Source: Octopus sinensis
Lineage: Eukaryota
Direction of reading: 5' to 3'
DNA length: 64,000 nt
NCBI RefSeq assembly: GCF_006345805.1
Contig: NC_043015.1
Coordinates: forward strand, 41,168,001 to 41,232,000
Positions 1-12,570 of the stretch are shown here, in pieces. Below the pieces are notes generated by a model. It did not search any database, had not been told where the DNA came from, and was given only the letters and a program-made list of their open reading frames with translations. Every line of letters begins with the position of its first letter. Position 1 is the first letter of the stretch. The translations under genes were made by a program, and so were the position numbers.

Positions 1-101
1 TGGTTAGCCATATTGAGATGGCTATTATACTTTACATCTCTAAAAATGCTTATATAGTTATTTCCCTTACAAACCCGAGCAACGCCGGGCGATACTGCTA
101 G
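1..101 (+). mobile_element. Non-autonomous Helitron 3' end (truncated by window)
   Basis: Hairpin CCCGAGCAACGCCGGG then CTAG|T; same terminus as 14439-14808. Confidence 0.75.
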
Positions 102-533
102 TTTAGGTTAAAATTGTTTAGCGAAACCTTATTAAAACACAATGATAAAGTGAGATTTTCAGTTAGTCAACATACACCACCACCACCACTACCTTCGACA
201 CCACCACCACCACCACCAGCATCACTGGCCCAAGCCACGACTGACTTAATAGCACCAACTGAAGAAGACATTTAATCTTGTTTCCTGTTACAGTCATACT
301 TTGAGCACCAGAACCCATTTGAGTGAAGGGTTGTCATTTGTAGAGATATATCTGGGTGTAGATAGTTTATCTGGAATTTGTCCAGGAACTGTCTGAATGT
401 TTTGGGGTTTATAGGTGGATGGCTCTTTCCAAGGAAGATAATACAGTAATCCCTCAACTATCACGGGTGTTATGTTCCAAAACCCCTCACAAAATGTAAA
501 AATCCGTGAAGTAGAAGCAGTACTGTACTGTAT

Positions 534-903
534 AGGCATAGGAGTGGCTGTGTGGTAAGTAGCTTGCTTATGAACCACATAGTTCCAGGTTCAGTCCCAC
601 TGCATGGCACCTTGTGTCTTCTACTATAGCCTCTGGCCGACCAAAGCCTTGTGAGTGGATTTGGTAGACGGAAATTGAAAGAAGCCTGCCTTGTATATAT
701 ATGTGTGTGTGTGTGTGTGTATGTTTGTGTGTCTGTGTTTGTCCCCCCAACTTCGCTTGACAACTGATGCTGGTCTGTTTACATCCCCATAACTTAGCGG
801 TTCGGCAAAAGAGACTGATAAAATAAGTTCTAGTCAATTTCGTCAACTAAAGGCAGTGCTCCTGCATGGCCACGGTCAAATGACTGAAACAAGTAAAAGA
901 GTA
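534..903 (+). mobile_element. tRNA-derived SINE family A (internal microsatellite)
   Basis: A-box-like TGGCTGTGTGG, B-box-like GGTTCAGTCCC, central (TA)(TG)n, tail GAAACAAGTAAAAGAGTA; more than 15 copies in the window. Confidence 0.9.
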
Positions 904-1327
904 ATGATTTTCATAATTTGTATATATTTATTTTATCATGAATGCAAAACACCACCATGGAGGAATCAATGTAAGTTTAGATAATAAATCGTGATAGGTG
1001 AACCATGATATGGTGAGGGATTACTCTAATCAGATAATCTAAGAGACAACAAACGGACCAGACATGGCTTTGCAGAGAACTGCAAACAATAGACTATTAA
1101 CAATGAGCCTTTTGTTTACAAACACGGGGAGGAGGGTGAGTACACACCGGTACACACACATTGTGTTGATGGAAGGTCGAAGGAAACTGATTATTTTACC
1201 AAGAGACAGGACAAATGGCAATTACACAAAGCACATGTTGAGAAGATATTCATAGTCAATCAATTTATCACATTACGGGATGTACTTGCATAGCAAGCGA
1301 CCTGATCTGAGATCATGTGCTGGAGCA

Positions 1328-1621
1328 AAAACAATTGCAGCGTGGAAGGTGTTTATAAGCCATTTAAAAAACACAGAAAAACCGTTAGATACACTTGAAC
1401 ATTTAAATTTAATTTGTCAAAATATTTTCGTTGCTTTGAGACCGAGACCTGTTCACTGACAAAATTCCATGCTGCATCTCGGAATTTCGTCAGTGAACAA
1501 GTCACAGTCTCAAAGCGACAAAAATATTTTGACAAATTAAATTTAAATGTTGAAGTGAATCTAACGGTTTTTGTGTGTTTCTTTAATGGCTTATAAACAC
1601 CTTCCACTCTGCAATTGTTTT
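1328..1621. repeat. ~294-bp imperfect palindrome (Penelope-like inverted terminal unit)
   Basis: Arms 1328-1468 and 1481-1621 are reverse complements (AAAACAATTGCAG...CTGCAATTGTTTT) with a 12-bp spacer. Confidence 0.9.
1413..1463 (-). ncRNA. Minimal hammerhead-like motif with G3:C8 core (left arm of palindrome)
   Basis: Minus strand: UUUGUCA-GUGAACA-G-GUCUC..GCAAC-GAAA-AUAUUU-UGACAAA. Stem I 7 bp, palindromic stem III region, stem II partly decayed. Confidence 0.5.
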
Positions 1622-1624
1622 CAG

Positions 1625-1830
1625 TTTATCACAATCATAGAGCTATTACAGTCAAGCCGACTGAAGTTCTTGTTGTCATGCAAGGTAAGAATCCATCTTT
1701 GGTAATGGTATTTGGCGCCATTACAAGCAACAGGTATGTAATGCCACATCACCTCATTGAAGCAGCTCTTAACATTAATATGGCTGAGTTATTTGAGTAT
1801 CATTGATTAAAGTTCTCTCCCCACAAGAAC
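1625..1830 (+). mobile_element. Tc1/mariner-superfamily transposase fragment
   Basis: KNPSLVMVFGAITSNRYVMPHHLIEAALNIN resembles the segment after the first catalytic Asp; similar to 19693-20285. Confidence 0.6.
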
Positions 1831-1931
1831 TGGTCTTTGTTGGAGTAAAGTGGCTTGTGTTTCACAGTGACTCAGAAGAGCCATGTCAGCAGAGAACAAG
1901 CTCCAGCTAGGACCTTTCTATACTGGACAGA

Positions 1932-2163
1932 AGGCGGCGAGCTGGCAGAAACGTTAGCACGCCGGGCGAAATGCATAGCCGTATTTCATCTGTCGTTAGG
2001 TTCTGAGTTCAAATTCCACCGAGGTCGACTTTGCCTTTCATCCTTTTGGTGTCGATTAAATAAGTACCAGTTACGCACTGGGATCGATATAATCAACTTA
2101 ATCCCTTTGTCTGTCCTTGTTTGTCCCCTCTGTGTTTAGCCCCCTGTGGGTAGTAAAGAAATA
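1932..2163 (+). mobile_element. tRNA-derived SINE family B, monomer
   Basis: AGGCGGCGAGCTGGCAGAA head, GAGTTCAAATTCC B-box, tail GTAGTAAAGAAATA; TSD TATACTGGACAGA at 1919 and 2164. Confidence 0.9.
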
Positions 2164-2176
2164 TATACTGGACAGA

Positions 2177-2500
2177 TCAAAGGACAGCGACCAGACTAAT
2201 GTGAACCGTATTTTCCCAGAGGTAAGAATGGGTTTGCAGAGGATCAACTCCTCTATCAAGAAAGAAAAGCAAAATTACAAAAGCATTAATGATAATACAA
2301 AAACCAACAAGACCTGAGAGAGAATGGCCTCCCCTCAAGGAAGCCTATCACATGGTGCAGCAGAATTCAAAAAGATACCGAGGAAGAGATGAGGAAGCAG
2401 GAATCCAACTGGAGAGAAACGGTAAAGAAAGCCTAGAGCTAAGAACAGCAGAGGAAAGCCATCCATGGCCTATGCCCCCTAAGACAAAGTGTATAATCCT
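2177..2500 (+). mobile_element. Decayed LINE (RTE-like) C-terminal fragment
   Basis: Purine-rich degenerate ORF ending ...IHGLCP; weak resemblance only. Confidence 0.35.
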
Positions 2501-2559
2501 TTAGTATTCATGGGCTGCTTCCTGCACCAGTTCTGCATAGCCCCAGCCCATTCAAAGTA

Positions 2560-2899
2560 CCTTGGATTTCAGAACAACCTGCTGTGCTTGAGGAGACCTA
2601 TTGAGTCAAGTACATGAACATCGAAATAAATATCAAATGGAAATAGTAGTTGTGATACCTGTGCCAGTGGCACGTAAAAAGCACCATCCGAGCGTGGCCG
2701 ATGCCAGACTCCACTGGCACGTAAAAAGCACCCACTACACTCACGGAGTGGTTGGCGTTAGGAAGGGCATCCAGCCGTAGAAACACTGCCAGATCAGACT
2801 GGAGCTTGGTGCAGCCTCCTGGCTTCCCAGACCCCGGTTGAACCGTCCAACCCGTGCTAGCACGGAAAATGGATGTTAAACGATGATGATGATGATGAT
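2560..2899 (+). mobile_element. RTE 3'UTR-derived repeat
   Basis: TGGCACGTAAAAAGCACC units, GGTTGGCGTTAGGAAGGGCATCCAGC core, (GAT)n tail; matches 60553-61100. Confidence 0.8.
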
Positions 2900-2914
2900 T
2901 ATTCTGTCAAGCAT

Positions 2915-3130
2915 ATCATCATCATCATCATCATCCACATCGTTTAACGTCCGCTTTCCATGCTAGCATGAGTTGGACGATTTTGACTGAGGACTGGCGA
3001 AACAGATGGCTGCACCAGGTTCCAATCTGATCTGGCAGAGTTTCTACAGCTGGATGCCCTTCCTAATGCCAACCACTCCGAGATTGTAGTGGGTGCTTTT
3101 TACGTGCCACCGGCACAAGGGCCAGTCTGG
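2915..3130 (-). mobile_element. RTE 3'UTR-derived repeat, tail-to-tail with previous copy
   Basis: (ATC)n then CGTTTAACGTCCGCTTTCCATGCTAGCATG... Confidence 0.8.
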
Positions 3131-4146
3131 CAGTATTCAAATTAGTTTGAATTAATCATGCATTAGCTCACTGCTTCTAGGTTTCAATGATGTGATAGCA
3201 TATTTTTAGAATGACATTGTAGGGTATGTGTGAGAGGCTGAATTTGGTCAGAACATAAAAAAAATGTGGAATGATGGAGGTCTTGCTGCTATTTCTAGCA
3301 GTTCTAGTGACCATATAGAGACTTATATTTACCTGTGATGACGATGATGATGATAATGGTTGCTGCTGTTTAACCTTAGTCTAATTCCTGTTGAGCAGAT
3401 CTATGATGGAAGGCATTCCAACCGTGACTATCCTGTCTTTTTCCTTTGCACAGAGAGCATAGATCCATATTGTTTCTCACATGTTCTTAATTGTTTTAAA
3501 AATCAGTCGGGTGTGAATTTAGGAAGTTTTGGTTACTATTTCTAGCAGAGTCTCGTCCATTGGCTCATTGCTGGGTTTGTAGTTCGATGGTGGTGGTGGT
3601 AGTGGTGGTGATGATGAGGATGATGATGATAATGATGGGGGGTGGGAATAAATACTACCTTTTCACATTCTTTCTAAGAGTTATAAGATTTTGGGATGGA
3701 TCCCATCTGCAACGAAAAGGGGGGAGTGGCAAGGGGGGGGAGAAGATTTATTATTTAATGTAACTTGACCAGTGAAATGTGTTGGGGTGGGGTGGCGTTA
3801 GGGCTTGGTATGATAATTATGAACATGACGATGATGACGACGATGGTGATGGTGATGATGGTGGGAATAAATGCTATCAGCAAAAGAGGTAAGCCTGAAT
3901 CTGTACCATGATTCATCACCTGTAATTAACTAAGAAACTTTATCTTCCTAAGTTTCATCAGAATCTTTTGATTTCAGTTAATTTAATCTATGGAAGATCA
4001 TACATATCACTTTTTTTATTGGGGATTGCCTTGTGTATGTGGGTTGTCTATTTTTGAAAGCTTTATACTTTAGTCATCACCACAGTTGTAGCATCCACTT
4101 TTCCATGCTTGCATGGGTTGGACAGAATTTGTTGAGGCAGGTTTTC

Positions 4147-4563
4147 TTATTTCTTTATTGCCCGCAAGGGGCTAAACATAGAGGGGACAAACAAGGACAG
4201 ACAAAGAGATGAACTCGATTACATCGACCCCTGTGCGTAACTGGTACTTAATTTATCGACCGCCGAAAGGATGAAAAGCAAAGTCGACCTCGGCAGAATT
4301 TGAACTCAGAATGTTACGGCAGACGAAATACCTATTTCTTTACTACCCACAAGGGGCTAAACATAGAGGGGACAAACAAGGACAGACAAAGGGATTAACT
4401 CGATTACATCGATCCCTGTGAGTAACTGGTACTTAATTTATCGATCTCGAAGGGATGAAAGGCAAAGTTGACCTCGGCGGAATTTGAACTCAGAACGTAG
4501 CGGCAGATGGAAATACTGCTAAGCATTTCACCTGACATGCTAATGCTTCTGCCAGCTTGCCCC
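4147..4563 (-). mobile_element. SINE B dimer
   Basis: Body duplicated head-to-tail. Confidence 0.88.
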
Positions 4564-4802
4564 TTGTCCAGGCAGGTTTTCTACAGCCAAAAGCCCTTCC
4601 TGTCAATAACCCCAATTTGCTTTTTCAAATCAGGTTATATTTTCCCCAAGTCGAACATGTTTTCGCATAAGATTTGGAAATGGATACTGCTTGTAGGATG
4701 GTGGAACTCATTTACAACTAGCATACACTGTCAAGATAAGGAGACACTAACACACACATACTCTCTCCTCTCTCTCTTACACATTGGTACCTCCAACTCT
4801 TC

Positions 4803-5148
4803 TTTATGTAATCAAGTGATCGTGGTCTACACATCTCATAAAGCATATGCATAGAGTAGGCCTATGTGTTTTAACTGGTTTATACTAAAGAATAAAGATA
4901 TTGTGAGTCAGACTCGGTATAGTTTTACTGACTCTGACTCCAGCTACCCCATAATTGTTTCTGACTCTGACTCGTGTTTATGTAATTAAGTGATTGTGGT
5001 CTACATAACTCAATGCATATTCATATGCTTGTACTTTGAGTAGGCCTCTATGTTATAACTGGTATAAATTAAAGAATAAAGACGTTGTGAGTCGGAGTCG
5101 GTATACTTTTACCGACTTAGACTCCACGACTCCAACTCCACAGCTCTG
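4803..5148. repeat. ~175-bp diverged tandem duplication with GACTCC motifs (probable DNA-transposon end)
   Basis: TTTATGTAAT(C/T)AAGTGAT.GTGGTCTACA...AAAGAATAAAGA..TTGTGAGTC present twice. Confidence 0.7.
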
Positions 5149-5704
5149 ATGATAATAATAATAATAATAATAATAATGATAAAAAAAAGAAACTACTGGC
5201 CTTGTGCCTAAATCAAAACTAATTACTAAAATCATTAAAGCTCTGCCAGAATAAAAAGAGAAAAAAAATATTGACTTATAACGAGTGTGGGTTGGTGGGG
5301 GATGGGTGGGGGGTGACCAAATATTTATGAAATTTATTGCATTGTAAATATTTTGTCTATGAATTCCTCTTATTTTGTTAAACCAACTTTTATTGTGTCT
5401 GAGGTTTTGTTAATTCTTTTATTTTTTTTTCCCTTTTCTTTTCTCTTTTTTTTTTATGGGTTAATGCCTGAAACTTGTCTGGTGTCCTCTGTTTGATTCG
5501 AGAGTCGGTAGAGTGGTGGTGGTGGTGGTTGTGGTGGTGGTGGTGGTGGTTGTGGTGATGGTGGTGGTGGTGGTGGTGGAGGTGTTTGTGGTATGGTGAT
5601 AGGAATGGTGGTGTAAGTTATTAAGTGAACCAGTGGTAATGCTGCACCAGAGAGGCGGGGTGGGCATGGGAAAGAAAAAAAAAGGTTTTCAGACAAATTT
5701 TAAG

Positions 5705-6150
5705 AGATGGCTGTGTGATTAAAGAAGTTCACTTTGCAACCAGGGGATCTTGGGTTCAATCCCACTGCACAGCATCCTGGGCAAGTGTAAGTGTCTTCTG
5801 CTATAGTTCCAGGCCAAACAGTGCCTTGTGATTGACTTTGGTCAATGGAAACGCTGGAAACCCATGACACGTGTGCATGTGTACATGTGCATCTGCTTGT
5901 GTGTGTGTAAGCTTATGTGTATGTGGAATTATGTGCTTACATGTGTGTGTGTTTGTATCCCTACCTCTTTATAATCGCTGTTGGTTCGTTTATGTCCCTA
6001 TAACTTAGCTGTCTGACAAAAGAAACTGATAGAATAAATATCAGACTTTGAAAGAAAACAAATACTGGAGTCAGTTGGTTCAACTAAGAAAGCAGTGCTC
6101 CAGCATGGCTGTAATCCAGTGTCTGAAACAAGCTAAAAAGGAAAGAAAAA
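5705..6150 (+). mobile_element. SINE A, diverged
   Basis: Same head, body and tail with many substitutions. Confidence 0.75.
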
Positions 6151-6194
6151 GAAAAGAAAAAATTCAGTTCTTTGATAAGAATTTTTCTTGGTTA

Positions 6195-6331
6195 TTACAT
6201 CTTGACCTTGACATTTACATCTTGACCTTGACAGTTACATCTTGACCTTGACATTTACATCTTGACCTTGACAGTTACATCTTGACCTTGACAGTTACAT
6301 CTTGACCTTGACAGTTACCTCTTGACCTTGA
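6195..6331. repeat. 20-bp minisatellite (TTACATCTTGACCTTGACA[G/T]) x~7
   Basis: Direct 20-bp periodicity. Confidence 0.95.
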
Positions 6332-7549
6332 TGCATGTCCATAACCTTTCTGAAACATTAAGGATGACCAAAGCAATGATTATAAGGACGAGGCCCTGTT
6401 CTCTGATCAACAGTTCAAACCTTAAGTCTGGTATGTTATAACTACTCATTTGCCTCAGTTTACTGGACTGATAAGTGGTTCCACTTCTACTTGTGGTGTT
6501 AATGTTTCTGAATTCCCCAATCTGGTTCTTTACTGACCGCATGGCTATGAGTTCAAGTATTATCCTATCTACTACGTCTTGGCCTCTTGCCTCAGTTTTC
6601 AAGACTGCCAACTGGTTCTACACCAACCTCAAAGTCGATTGGTTAAGCAGTAGGATGGGCATACAGCTGTGAAAACAATTACTGCACAGTTTTTTTTTTC
6701 TCTCTGCAAATGTGCAACTTTGCAAAAACCATCTTAGCCAAGATAGCACCAAAATCTGGGTGTAAAATGCATGAAAAGAAAAAAAAAAAAAACAAAAAAA
6801 AAAAGCCGAAAAATCATAGAAAACACAAACAAAAGTAAAAAAATTCTCGTGTCTGATGGTTTTCGTTAAGAGTGAATGAAGAATTTGCTTGGCATTTCTG
6901 CAAGAAAGAACTTGGGTTGGGTCATAAGAAACTATTTTTGAAATATTGCCCAGAAGCAATATTGTTAAATTATTTGTTTAAATTTAATTGAATATTTTTC
7001 TGTTATGTTGCTGTTATGCTTGTTATTTGTGTGCAGCCCTTGTCCCTGTTCTAGCAAACGGTTTGTCAAATAACTATGTCTGATTTCTAGATCAAATATT
7101 TTAGAGACATCAGGTTTCCTTTCATCCTTTCGGGGTCGATTAAATAAGTACCTATTTCTTTACTACCCACAAGGGGCTAAACATAGAGAGGACAAACAAG
7201 GACAGACAAACGGATTGTCGATTATATCGACCCCAGTGTGTAACTGGTACTTATTTAATCGACCCCGAAAGGATGAAAGGCAAAGGATGAAATCAAAGAA
7301 GTCCAGGATGCCACAACGACACTCGTCAGTTTTATTGCCTTGTATCAATGTATGATGGGTTTAACTCTTTTGAAACCAACCTGCACAAGATCAATCCAGA
7401 TTCTCTGATACAAACTTCTTTTTAATAAAAGAATCCCAGTTAAAACCAATCAAAGTTTCATGTTAATTTGTTTCAAATACCGACTTAATTAATAATGGTA
7501 CTTGTTTTAGTTAGTTCTTCATGATTTATAAAATTAATTGAAATAAAAT

Positions 7550-7866
7550 TCAAATCGAAATTGAACCAAATTCGATGACTGGCACCCGTGCCAGTGGAGC
7601 GCTAACAGTTCCATCAGAGTGTGATCACTGCCAGAGCAGCTGTCTGGCTTCCGTGCTGGTGGCACGTAAAAAGCACCATTTGAGCAGGATTGTTACCAGC
7701 GTCGCCTTACTGGCACATGGACAAAGTATTCGAAACGAGATCGTTGCCAGTGCCGCTGGACTGACTCCTGTGCAGGTGGCATGTAAAAAACACCATTTGA
7801 GCATGGCCATTGCCAGTACCACTTGACTGGCCCTCGTGCCGGTGGAACGTAAAAGCACCCACTCCT
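7550..7866 (+). mobile_element. RTE 3'UTR internal repeat block
   Basis: Several TGGCACGTAAAAAGCACC units. Confidence 0.7.
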
Positions 7867-8224
7867 TAACCACCTTGCCATGCTTGCAGCTATATTTGCT
7901 GACATTGGTAGGTTAGTAATGGTTGTAGATCAAGAATTTTTACAACTAATAATAGTGTTAGGAACATAAATTTCAATATAGAGCCAGAAATGGTTTCAGC
8001 CGGGTTGGTAATGAAAGGGTTAAGCAATTCCTAATAATATTTAATAGAGGATTTTTTAAACCTCAAATGGCTATAAGGGTCCACCTGAGCAAAATAGGAA
8101 TCAAAGGGGTCTATATGTAAAAACTGGTTGACGGCCACTGTTTCTGAACCAACTGACCAACTGACTGATAAACTAGCCCTATTATAATCTTGTGATAAAT
8201 TATCCATAGCAGTTTGTTGTGGGA

Positions 8225-8452
8225 TTAACCCTTTTGTTACTGTATTTCTGTTGAGATGTTCTGTATTTCTTTATATTAAGTTTAGATATAACAAAGAATT
8301 TAGTAAAATAACTTAGTTACCATTCAGCTAGTGTTAGGAATGTAAATTATGACTAAGGTTTGGTGGAAGATTTTAATTCAAAAATTTATGAAAACAAGAC
8401 ATCTGTACTACAGAGCCAGAGGCAGTTTCAGCCTCTTTAACGAAAGGGTTAA
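8225..8452. mobile_element. TTAA-flanked MITE (piggyBac-like ends)
   Basis: TTAA-CCCTTTTGTTAC...TAACGAAAGGG-TTAA; same family as 23694-23923. Confidence 0.8.
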
Positions 8453-8696
8453 ATGAAGAGAGAGAGAGAGAGATTTGACTAAGTAGCCTCTGATATAGAA
8501 AAAAGGATGTGAACAGCATGGGTGGAACTGGATCACTCATGATTATAGGCCTACAGGATTAGGGCTGACCTGGGGCTGAGCAGTTGTAATGTTAAGACCT
8601 CTCATTATCTCTCCCCAATCTGCACGCTAAACATTTTTGTCTAATCTTCCTTCCCCTATACGGTTTTGCTTGTGGATTTGGTAAACAGAAACTGAA

Positions 8697-9176
8697 AGGC
8701 GGTGAGCCTGCAGAAGCGTTAGCACGCTGGGCGAAATGCTCAGCAGTATTTCGTCTGCCGCTACGTTCTGAGTTCAAATTCCGCCGAGGTCGACTTTGCT
8801 CTTCATCCTTTCGGGGTCGATTAAATAAGTACTTATTTCTTTACTACCCACAAGGGGCTAAACACAGAGAGGACAAACAAGGACAGACAAACGGATTGTC
8901 GATTATATCAACCCCAGTGTGTAACTGGTACTTATTTAATCGACCCCGAAAGGATGAAAGGCAAAGTCGACCTCAACGGAATTTGAACTCACAACGTAGC
9001 GGCAGACAAAATACTGCTAAGCATTTCGCCCGGCATGCTAACGTTTCTGCCAGTTCACCGCCCTTAAATAAGTACCAGTTAAGCACTGGGGTCGATATAA
9101 TCGATTTAATCCCCTTGTCTGTCCTTGTTTGTCCTCTCTATGTGTGGCCCCTTGTGGGCAGTAAAGAAATAAGAAA
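8697..9176. mobile_element. SINE B containing an antisense SINE B
   Basis: Plus head, full minus copy ~8832-9063, plus remainder; TAAATAAGTAC duplicated. Confidence 0.85.
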
Positions 9177-9477
9177 CTGAAAGAAGCTTGTTGTATTTCC
9201 ATGTCCTTGTCTTGACGTGGTAATAAGTGAGCGTTACCATCGTATGTGGGACATTGTTCGTTTCCAGTCTTCAGTGGAAAATATGTCCGACCATGAACAA
9301 ATGTTAGAAATGCTACCTTGCTTGGAAACGAGCTAAGGGTTGGTGACAGGAAGGGCACCCTGGCAGAGGAAAAGAAAAAAAAAGTTTGCCTCAACAAATT
9401 TCATCTGATCCATGGAAGCACAGTGAGGTGAATATTAAAACAACGATGACATGATGTGTGTATGCTTAGCAGCAGTA

Positions 9478-9830
9478 GTGGCGCAATGGCCCAGTGGCTA
9501 GGGCAGCAGACTCGCGGACGGAGGATCGCGGCTTCGATTCCTAGACTGGGCGTTGTGTGTGTTTATTGAGCGAAAACACCTAAAGCTCCTCAAGGCTCCG
9601 GCAGAGGGTGGTGGCGCCCCCTGTTGTACTCTTTTGCCCCCAACTTTCTCTCACTCTTTCTTCCTGTTTCTTGTCTCCGACTTCCTACGCAACCGCTGAG
9701 CCTGGATGCGCATTCAGGGGTTGACCTGCTTTCTCTTCTGCGGGTCTTACGAATAGCAAAGGACCACGTTCCAGACTTCTCCCACTACTTGCGAGCTCTG
9801 GGATGAAGACTGCTTCACTCAACAAACAAA
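9478..9830 (+). mobile_element. tRNA-derived SINE family C, tail type 1
   Basis: GTGGCGCAATGGCCCAGTGG A-box, TTCGATTCC B-box, then GTTTATTGAGCGAAAACACCTAAAGCTCC; inserted in (CAG)n. Confidence 0.85.
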
Positions 9831-10389
9831 CAGCAGCAGCTGCAGCAGCAGCAGTAGCAGAAGCAGCAGCAATACTGTCCTAGATATGTGAGCAATATTT
9901 CAATGTGGGTCAGATTTGAGCTTTCTAGAAGGTCAACAACTGACCCGGGTTGAAGTATGTTTTGAAAGTTTCACCTAAAATAAATTGGCTTCTTAATTAG
10001 GCTAAAAACCTAAAACAAGGAGGCACACAAATTGGCAGTGGAATGGGTGGGGTTGGTGGGTGGGTGGGTGGTGTTGTGGATAATATAAAAGTGATTGTCA
10101 TTGGCTCAACGAAGCTCTAAAAGCTAATTTACCTCCACCATGATAGAGAAATGACTACTTGAGAACTATTAAAGGTATACAGCTGTGTGTGTGTGTGTGT
10201 GTGTGTGTGTGAGAGCACGTGTGAGCACGTGTGACACTGGTTTGTGTGGTGGTGTCGACCATTACAGTGTTTTATCACCTACTTAAGGACAGCTTCAGAG
10301 TAAGTTGTTTGCTTGGATAAAAGGCTCTTTCATGACATGTTAGCCCCCACTTCACCCCTCCCCCCTACTTCACCTTATAACACGGCAAC

Positions 10390-11200
10390 ATGAGGTACAC
10401 CACTTCAGTTTTTTTGCGTCCAGTAAAAATTCTTGTTGATTGTATACAACCATTACTAACCTACCAGTGTCAGGAAAAAACCCTGCGTCCACATACTCCC
10501 TCCACAACACTGATATCAAGAAATCCTCTTGCGAGCGTGACCTAGGCATCACTGTCAGCAGTGATTTGCGTTGGTCAAAGCATATCTCTAAGATTGTCAG
10601 GAATGCCGAGGGTGTCTTGGCATCACTCAGCAGTCTTTTGTTAGCCGCTCTCCAGCCATCTATTTAAAACTGTATACAGCTATGGTACGACCACACTTGG
10701 AATTCGCATCATCAGTTTGGAACCCCTATCTTGCACAGAACATTGACCTCCTGGAATCTGTCCAGAGACGTGCAACCAAACGCATACCCTCCATCAGACA
10801 CCTACCATATTCTGAGCGCCTTGTTTCCCTGGGCATGGATTCACTGAAGCTCCGGCGTTTGGCGAAGGACTTGGTAAACACCCACAAAGTTATCAACCAC
10901 CTCACCAACAACAACACTGAACACCTTTTTGATCTCCATGTGTCTAACACACGTGGACATGCCTACAAAGTCAGAAAACAATACAGCTCCCATGACTTTC
11001 GGAAACATTTTTTCACGCTCAGAGTTGCTGAAGCATGGAATAAACTGCCTGCGTCAGTTGTTGACTGCCATGATACTGCATCTTTTAAGGCCCTCATGCT
11101 TTCCGAAATCCGCCGAAACTACACCTGATTATATATACACTTTAGATGAGTTGTAGTGCACCTGAGCACTGTACACAATTATTATTATTATTATTATTAT
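10390..11200 (+). mobile_element. CR1-clade LINE, 5'-truncated RT C-terminus
   Basis: ERDLGITVSSDLRWSKHI..., frameshift, then MVRPHLEFASSVWNPY..LESVQRRATK..TRGH..FFTLRVAEAWNKLP; (ATT)n tail at 11178-11200. Confidence 0.93.
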
Positions 11201-11206
11201 AAATAG

Positions 11207-11912
11207 AGCTGCAAGCATGGCAAGGTGGTTAAGGAGTCCGTCCGTCTTGCAACCATATCGTTTTGGGTTCGGTTCCAGTACACTGCACCTTGGGCGAGTG
11301 TCTTCTGTTGTTGTCTTAGGTCAACTAATTCCTTCCAACTTGATTTGGTTGACAGAAATTGAAAGACACACAAATTGAAAGGTGGCGAGCTGGCAGAAAC
11401 ATTAGTATTCCGGGTGAAATACTTACCGGTATTTCGTCTGCTGTTACATTCTGAGTTCAAATTCTGCCGAGGTCGACTTTGCCTTTCATCCTTTCGGGGT
11501 CGATTAAATAAGTACCAGTTACGCATTGGGCTCGATATAATTGACTTAATCAGTTTGTCTGTCCTTGTTTGTCCCCTCTGTGTTTAGCCCCTTGTGGGTA
11601 GTAAAGGAATAGGTATTTCGTCTGCCGCTATTTTCTGAGTTCAAATTCCGCCGAGGTCGACTTTGCCATTCATCCTTTCGGGGTCGAAAAATTAAGTACC
11701 AGTTACGCGTTGGGATCGATGTAATTGACTTAATCCCTTTGTCCTTGTTTGTCCCCTCTATGTTTAGCCCTTTGTGGGCAATTAAGAAATTGAAAGACAC
11801 ACACACCACACACACATACACACAAAGAATAAGTCCTGGGGTCGATTTGCTCGACTAAAGGCGGTGCTCCAGCATGGCCACAGTCAAATGACTGAAATAA
11901 GAGTAAAAGAGT
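11207..11912 (+). mobile_element. SINE A interrupted by SINE B dimer (11380-11790)
   Basis: A head, B dimer flanked by AAATTGAAAG duplication, then A tail. Confidence 0.8.
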
Positions 11913-12570
11913 ATCTCAAAACTCCGAGATAATCCATGATAAATTCAAAACATTGCCTTTGACAGATTAACCTGAATGCTAAAGGGTCATTCATAGGTTT
12001 GATTCAACTGGACTGACTCGGGGCTAAACAACAATTCTATTCCAGCCCCTTTCCTATGATTTATTAGAGCTAACAAGAGAACCTCCTGGGGGGAGAGGCG
12101 TGTCACTTGTTCTACTAGAAATAGCAGTCAAATCTCTCACTACGTCTTACCATACTAATTAAACAAAATAGTATTTATTGAATAATAAACTAAGGCATAC
12201 AATGTCTGCAAAACCTGACCAGACAACATGTCTGCCGGGTCAAGGCTGACCTGGAGTCAAAGAACAACAACACCATTATTATTATTATTTTCTATTATGT
12301 TTATAGCATTGCCTGCTCCTTCACATCCTGCCCACCCACACACCGCCCGGGAATGTGACTCTTTTGAATGCTAAAATATTAAATAAAGGCTTTCTCTAAA
12401 TAAACCAGTTTGTTTTAACTTCCAGAGTCCACGTTTGTCCATATATACAATTGGAATGTCAAAGAAATAGACTGGGGGGTGGGTGGGGGTGAATTACCCC
12501 TTCCCCCCCCCCGTTCAAAACTGGACCTTCAGACCTTGGGACCTTGGCAACTCTGACAACTCTTTTAATA

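Noticed and set aside
6315-6672. Overlapping 98-aa and 65-aa ORFs in complex sequence
   Set aside because: No recognisable motif or exon boundaries; probably decayed transposon sequence.
9478-9550. Possible tRNA genes at SINE heads
   Set aside because: A/B boxes present but no convincing cloverleaf, and each continues into a repeat body.
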